DNA from: Eledone cirrhosa
Lineage: Eukaryota
Direction: 5' to 3'
Assembly (NCBI GenBank): GCA_964016885.1
Contig: OZ024740.1
Location: 172,422,001-172,486,000 of the forward strand
DNA: 64,000 nucleotides
Shown here: positions 56,419 to 64,000 of the stretch, piece by piece
Layout: each line of letters starts with the position of its first letter
Position numbering within the stretch: position 1 is the first letter of the stretch
Notes under the pieces: generated by a model
Told to the model about the DNA's origin: nothing
What the model saw: the letters and a program-made list of their open reading frames with translations, nothing else
Database searches by the model: none
Position numbers and translations under genes: made by a program

Positions 56419-56844
56419 ATATATATATATATATATGGAAAAAATGAAATTTCATTTCTCACTCTTAATACGGTTGATACTTAAATGTAAGTATGTATAC
56501 GTACATACATATATGTATACAGACGTACAGTAGTATGTACATACATACATGCACATATATATATAATGTACGTATGGGTTTACCGTAATATATATACCGT
56601 AATATATATATATATTACTGTATATATATAATTATAATTTTGAAGAATAGTCAGTCAAAATGTATTCAATTCTTTCTTCTTAGTCCGTAGAAATTAACCA
56701 GATAAATAATCATTTAAACGGAGCTAAGTTTAAAATGTAACTTTGAAGAAATAACAGACAAATGTTATCAATATTCCTTTATGAGGAATATATGCATTTA
56801 CACAGACACACACACACACATATATATACTTACACACACACATG

Positions 56845-56880
<36 letters not shown>

Positions 56881-56898
56881 CTTACACACACACATGCG

Positions 56899-56935
<37 letters not shown>

Positions 56936-56989
56936 GTGTGTAGATATATATACCCATACATACACACATACGCATACACACATATATTT

Positions 56990-57039
<50 letters not shown>

Positions 57040-57690
57040 AAGTATATGTGTGTATGCGTATGTGTGTATGTATGGGTATATCTACATACTCATGTGGACT
57101 ATTGTCCTATGTATATGTGTGATAAATGTATATATGTATATATACGTGCACGCGGGTTTGTACAAGAGTATAATGGTGCTACATGTAAAGATATGGGTAA
57201 TTCTGTGGCTATGTGTACCGAGTAAAACAAACTCGTACATATGAGTAACCGAAATAAACGCTAGTAACCCCTAGATAATTTTAGCCATTACTTGCTTCCA
57301 TACAGTTTTATGACATTAGCAATTATAATTGTTTCTACTGCATTATTGGTAATTTATTTTATCGACCCCGTAAAGATGAAAGGCAAAGTTAACCTCGGCG
57401 GGATTATAATACCATTTACTGAGGTTAAATTTGATTATAAGTGTAGTGAATAGATAATGCTGTATTTGCACTAACTACAATTATAGAGTATATTAATGTC
57501 AGAACACAAGTGCTGGAAATACTTGAAACTGCAATCGGGACATTAAAGTAAGAAAACATTTTTTTCTTATCTTATTTGCCTTTGCTAGATATGATTATAT
57601 TACACTCTAAATGGGTTGATCTCTGTTAATTCTTTCATCGAGCAAAACTTGGTATCGGTTGGACGTCTTTGTATATATCTCTACTTATGT

Positions 57691-58096
57691 AGCTCAAAAG
57701 AGCCACAGAATGATATAATAAACCTTCAAAAGTGTGGGACTAGAGTTGTTGCTCAAAAAAATTGTAATTATTATCTATCGTACACTCTGTGATATCCTTT
57801 TTATAAAAAAGAGACTCATAACGAACTCAAGACGACACGATAATTATTTAAGCTAATGTTCAATATCTCATATTAAATTTTTAGTAATAATTAATACGAA
57901 ATGCACTTAAACGGAATTCTATATTATAAATTCACTTAAATAATTATCGTGTTGTCTTGAGTTCGTTATGAGTTTCTTTTTTATAAAAAGGATGCCACAG
58001 AGTGTACGATAGATAATGATTACAATTTTTTTTAGCAACAACTCTAGTCCCACACTTTTGAAGGTTTATTATATCATTCTGTGGCTCTTTTGAGCT
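57691..58096. repeat. About 160-bp inverted repeat with about 80-bp spacer (MITE or fold-back)
   Basis: 57691-57852 is the reverse complement of 57935-58096 with few mismatches. Confidence 0.85.
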
Positions 58097-58561
58097 TGCG
58101 CATTTTTCAGGTCTAGTTTAATATTTTTTTAAGTAACGCTTGTAATAACTCTAGTTAAACATGATACATATTAATAATAAATTATCGTTCTAATGTAATT
58201 AGATTATATAATTGTTATTTTATAAATGATCTTATAAATATTATTGTAAGATGTATAAAAATATTTTCAGACTTTTAATATAAACAACTACAAAAAACAA
58301 TGAATATTAAATAAATATATTTTACATAATAATTGTTATAGTTGAATTAATAAAAATTAAATATTACATACAAATAGTCTAACATAATAATAAAAAAAAT
58401 AATCTAACATAATAATAATAAAATAATCTAACATAAAACGAACAATAATATGGACAAATATACAAGTAAATATGATACAACCAATATTATAAGCATGTTA
58501 TAACGAACTGAAAAAAATAGTTAATATCAATTTTAAAAATCATATATAAATTAACAATATA

Positions 58562-58735
58562 ACTTACCAAAACGAGAAAAATATTTTGATGATAAACGAC
58601 GAAATACAGGAGGAAGATTCGAAAGCGAAACGATAAATAAACGTGAAAACAAAATGGCGGATGCTTTTGAGCAACAATTACTCTCGTTGGTTGATTAGCC
58701 AATAAGACGATGAAATTAGCCAATAAGACGATACA
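58562..58735 (-). promoter_or_regulatory. Candidate host Pol II promoter and non-coding first exon
   Basis: Two TTAGCCAATAAGACGAT CCAAT boxes (58699, 58720), YY1-type CAAAATGGCGG (58650-60), local CpG enrichment, minus-strand donor G|GTAAGT at 58567-58562. Confidence 0.5.
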
Positions 58736-59069
58736 TTACAAAACATGTTTGGTAGGGATTACCACGACCAGCGAGACCCCTTGAATTTTTTATTCACAAG
58801 CTACGCATATACGTCAGAACACGCAGACTTAAAACATTCTGTTGTTAGTCACTGCGTGTCTAACAGATTTCTTCAATTACTTTGTAATACACTCCTCTAT
58901 GGTAGAGTCAAAATTTGGCCGAATCGGATTGTTTTTCTAGCAGTACGCTACCTGCCAATGTCCACCTTTACTACTCTCCTGTTAACCGCCAGTCACGTGA
59001 TATTTCTTCCATTTGAAATTAACTCTGATAGCGAACAACACGGAAGAACTTTTCTGTTTTTAATTTTCT

Positions 59070-59470
59070 TTCTTGACTGAGAAAAGTCTCCTGATGATTT
59101 GAGATTTTCACAGTACTCGGAGTATTGTAATTTTCTCAATCAAACTGCAGTATGGACATTAAAGCAAGTAAAGATTTTTTTCTTATCTTGTTTGCTTTTC
59201 CCAGATATGATTATATATATATATATAGATATATATATATATATACACACACAAATATAGACATACATATGAGGGAGTCCATCCATAATCAGTTTTACTC
59301 AATGAAGGAATTAATAAAAGTAAATTTATCAGAGCATAATAAAATTATATTTAGGAAAATTAAACAAGATAAGAAAATGTTTTACCTATTTACTCTGATG
59401 ACTGCAGTTTCGCTGAGTAATTGAAGTTTTTTCAGTACAATTAGAAGTCTCTCTATTGAGAAGTTCCTTG
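59070..59470. mobile_element. Two opposed, diverged copies of a degenerate hammerhead element
   Basis: CTGATGA..CAAA ctgcag TA (plus) and GAAA ctgcag TC (minus); shared TTTTCTTATCTTGTTT. Confidence 0.45.
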
Positions 59471-59714
59471 AATGCCACAAACATCGCAAGGTCTGCATAT
59501 ATGAAGGTCTACAGAGATATTTCAAAGTTCATCTAGATCAGACAACACAGGAATTTCAAGCTGCACCAAAACTAACGTGCATTTTATGGAGGCATCTTTT
59601 GTCTGGTCTAAAACGCCACATAAGATTTCATGCAAGATGTGATCAACATGTACACTGAAGAGGTCAAGCTTGTATTGAGCAGAAAATCAATATATATATG
59701 TGTGTGTGTGTGTG

Positions 59715-59772
<58 letters not shown>

Positions 59773-61842
59773 CGTGTGTGTGTGAATATCTTCATGCCAT
59801 CTGTGTAGGTTTCTGTACATATGAGCTTTAGTATAATATTTTCTCACCAACCACTTCCGACCCTTTTTCTACATACTACATGCCTGGCCAAGGGGCGTTT
59901 CTCCCAACAATTTTAGCCATAAATTAACATTACACACATTTTCTAAGATAAGGTTACTCTCTCATACATTTGTTCAAGAACTTATTCACTTATTAGTTTT
60001 TTATCACACGTATTTATTTATATATCAATTGAAACATTCATCTTTATTATTTTTTCTTATTTTTTTTGTGAACGATTCTTCTCCTTTCATAAAAAGAACA
60101 TTTGAAAACAGCCCCAAATTACCAGAATAAACTGAAAAGGAAAGGCAGAAACACACTGTGCATGCTCGCAAACTCACCCGCCCACATATTTACAGTATAA
60201 CGTAGTCATGCAAAAATGACATTTTCTAATTTTATTTCATTATTTAGATTATTTTACTTATTTATTTTTTGGGAAGGTGAAGACTGGTAGCTGCAATTTT
60301 AAGAGTGTTTACACTGGAGCGATTAGAGATATATTAAGTCGACTAAGATCGGTCTTGTTTCGGGTAGATTTAGAAAGGAATATGTGTTATTTAGAACAGA
60401 ATCCTGTTATGACGAGCATATTTAAGGCTCTTTTTATTATCTTTCTTTTCTTCTTTTCCTTTTAACATCAAAATAATGGTAGGAGATTTAAAAATATTTT
60501 CAACGGGGTTCATGTTTCGTACGGCATCCGTGTTAAGGTTAGTCTAAAGTATTTTCCAAACACAAATCCTAACAAACTTAGCAACGAAACACAAACAGCA
60601 ACAACTACTTCAGCAATAACAAAGGAAAATGCCTGCCACAGCATCATAATGGAATTTAGCTTAGTTTCTACGACACTTAAGTGGGTGATGAATAAGATTA
60701 CAGTTCGATTTCGGGAAACACCCACACAGCAGTAGTGCAAATATGTCTAGTGAGTGTGTGATAACTTTTTTCCCCCTATAAATAAGCTGTCTATGCGCCA
60801 TCGGGCTTAGGTTGTAAAAATGGTAAACTTCTGCGCAATAAAAAAAATGTTATGTATCTAAAAATGCATCTGATAGTTAACTATGCTCTCAAATAATATT
60901 GGGGTTTTAACCTTAGACAACTAAATATATATTTGCATATATAGAATTGATTTATTCATTTGTGTTTTAGCGTGTAGTGTTAGATTTTCGTTCAATTTAT
61001 TGCTAAATTTATATCACTTGCTAGTCAATTTTAGAGATAACATAATTGTCAGATATATAATCTAAGAGAACTTGAATAGTTTTGATTACACTAAATCCGA
61101 TAGAGGTAGAACTATTTTAAAGACGCAATATCAGGGTTTTCAAACATGTGTGGTCTTACATATCTATAAAGACACATGTTCTCACATATCTACAAACTAT
61201 CTCAACAACGAAACGAAATTGGAAGGCCTACTGGTTATATAAGACGTGAAATTTACTTCTGCAACCTGCACCAACGTAATAATCCCAGTCACTACGTGTT
61301 GAATCATTTGTAAACAATATTCATTTACACAATATCTATTATGAACAGTATCGAAAACAAAGTCACTTGGTACATAAGGCAAGTGTTCATTGGTATTTGG
61401 TTATAAATAAAAAGCACAAAAGCGATTACACAAAGGCCATCGACTGAAGATTTGTACGATTTCGGAAGCTTCCGACAGTATCACTCCGCTTCAGCGGTGC
61501 AGGAAAGATCCGAGCTTTATGGTTCATGTTGTAGTACATTTTTACCTAGTGTTCATGCCCCTTTCACAAGAATCGTGATGCTGTTGTAACCACTGACATC
61601 AGTCAGACATTATAATGTTTTCTCCTAGCTGAAGGTTTGTTCTCTGTTCCCAGCGCTGGTCTATCACTTAAATACTTTTGCCATACACTCGTGCATAGTG
61701 TAGCTTCTCCGCCTACTTCTTCAGCCCTTGAATCATCTTTCTACTTTCCTGCGCCGTCCAGGTAGGGCGTTGTGGATCTAGCCACAAATCCACATCCCAC
61801 CTCATATGCAAATACATATATACATGCCTACACCCCAACATT

Positions 61843-62049
<207 letters not shown>

Positions 62050-62407
62050 CAATATGTTGAAAACGCAGAGTGCTCAATAGACGCAGCCTCAACTATGTTT
62101 AGAGTTAACGTTACATTTTTTTCAAAATCCACCTAGAAATGTTTTCACAGGCTGTAGCTTCCGAAAGGGCTCAATGAACTAATGTTTATAGTATTATAGG
62201 CTCCTAAATACTTGTTTATTGAGCACTAGTGTAGACTCCTGTCACGAAATGAATTTATTAATAATAATAATAATAATAATGATTTCATTTATTAGCCACA
62301 AGAGCCGACATGTAGGGGACAATACAAAGACAGGGACAGTGGGGTTTGCAATAAGGTCGAGTAAAAGTGCACAATGGCAAGACTAATTTAACAATGAAGA
62401 TATACAA

Positions 62408-62462
<55 letters not shown>

Positions 62463-63561
62463 TTTCTACTTTTGGCACAAGGCCAGCAGTTTTCCCAGTG
62501 CTTTATTTTATCAACCCAAATCGCTCCCGTAAGTTTTGAATTTTTAACATATTTAACTCATTTGTGAAATAACAACTCTTAGTACAAATGCTACGTAAAG
62601 CACCCGGCTTGAGCCCCAAAAAATTCGGACCCAAAATATATTGTTATAAGGCTCAAATATTCAAATATTCAACTTTGTATTGTACACTGTATATCCAAAA
62701 AAAAAAAATGGCTATAAATGGAAGAAGAAGAACCCCCCCCCCTCCTCTCCTCTGGCTACACTATATGGGACAGCTAAACTCACCAACACCAGAAACTAGA
62801 TACACCACCCACCCCGTCATCTGTGTACACTAAACACAACAGCATTTTCACCTTCACCGCCACCGCTCACTACGGCCATCATTACCACCACTATCCCATC
62901 ACCGCCGCCACCACCCCTTGACTCCTTCACTGCTGCTGCCACCGCTACAGCACCATCACTACAGTAATACGGTCGCATCACCGCCACCACTGCCTCGGTA
63001 TCGACATCACCACCACCACTGTCTCAGTATCGCCAACGCCGCCAGTCTCCCACTTCTCCCTGCTGGCTGCCACTTCCACATTATAGAATTCCTACTACTA
63101 ACAAAGAGGAAGGCATCAAAATATATAGATAGACTCAAAAGAAAAAAGAAAAAACAAACAACAAAACCAAAGCAGCACAGCAACAACAGCAAAAAACGAG
63201 AAAAACAAACAGAGAAAAACAAAAACAAAAAAAGAAACCCCCAAAACGTAAAGAAAATAAGAATGAAGAGAGAAGCAGGCGGACGGACAGAGAAGAGGGG
63301 GGAAAAAGTAAAACTTAAAAAACAAAAACTAAGTCAGACATTCGAATACTACATTACAATGAAACTTATGCTTATTCATTTTTGGGGCCCTTTCTGCCCG
63401 TGTGTTTGTTTGTTTATGTGTGTTCGTATACAGCGTGGTGATAATGCCACACAAGGGCCAAGTGGGATGGCGGATCCACAGATGGCTATGTAAACATACA
63501 TTCGCCAATCCTCGATAAGAGTGTTTAAATATCGAACATAAACAGTTCGAATAACGGTGAA

Positions 63562-64000
63562 ATGGAGACTAGAACGTCATGTGACAGACTCTCACCCAAC
63601 AGGTGCCCCCTGGCTCAGCAGCAGGAACCTGACTGTCAACCAAATACTGCTGATGTTGGAGGAAGAAGAAGAAGGAAAGGGGCCAGAACCAACTGGACGA
63701 AAGAATTGAATAGAACTGTTATGCAATGCTACCTGAAAAGTAACCCCAAGGAGAGGGGCTACAGGAGACGGATGCATAACATCTGGAACGAGATTGGTTT
63801 ATTTAAATTAGATGAACAAAAATTGGCCGGGCAGGCTCGGGTAATAAGAACTAATGGGTGGATAAGCGAGCTGGAACTGGAGGAACTGAGCAGAGAGAAT
63901 GGCTTGGAGATGGCGGGTGTAGTATGCCAGACAAGCGAGCCGGCGGGAAATGAAGGTGAGGAGGTCCTGAGAACGGAGGAACCACCCGAAGCAAACAATG
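63562..64000 (+). CDS. N-terminus of R4/Dong-like non-LTR ORF (runs off the window)
   Basis: Open frame from ATG 63562: RTNWTKELNRTVMQCYLKSNPKERGYRRRMHNIW..EQKLAGQARVIRTNGWISELELEEL. Confidence 0.8.
   Translation, partial: METRTSCDRLSPNRCPLAQQQEPDCQPNTADVGGRRRRKGARTNWTKELNRTVMQCYLKSNPKERGYRRRMHNIWNEIGLFKLDEQKLAGQARVIRTNGWISELELEELSRENGLEMAGVVCQTSEPAGNEGEEVLRTEEPPEANN

Noticed and set aside
62918-63493. 191-aa His/Pro/Lys-rich ORF
   Set aside because: Made of (CAC)n and A-rich low-complexity tracts; no splice or domain support

Overview
AT-rich, microsatellite-dense eukaryotic DNA. The SINE families and repeat landscape point to a coleoid cephalopod, probably Octopus (inference, no database search). 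No host protein-coding exon was recognised, and most ORFs in the track are translations of (TA)n/(CA)n/(CATA)n repeats. The window is dominated by transposable elements. These include Penelope-like elements (PLEs) of at least three clearly different types, RTE LINEs, R4-type (RLE) non-LTR elements, tRNA-derived SINEs, and Helitron, MULE-like and CRE-like remnants. The main signal is about 20 type I hammerhead-ribozyme (HHR) motifs, read by eye. They belong to roughly a dozen unrelated short (0.15-0.7 kb) non-coding elements and to the PLE pLTRs. Nearly all sit in (TA)n tracts, and many have a fold-back structure. One element (55735-56418) appears to be a circularly permuted 519-nt HHR-bearing monomer, as expected for a retrozyme-like circular or concatemeric RNA template. 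A separate nested cluster of RTE, non-autonomous RTE and R4 elements occupies (CATA)n tracts at 19.9-26.1 kb. A candidate host promoter and non-coding first exon (CCAAT x2, YY1 motif, GTAAGT donor) lies on the minus strand at about 58.6 kb. Coordinates of degraded elements are approximate.
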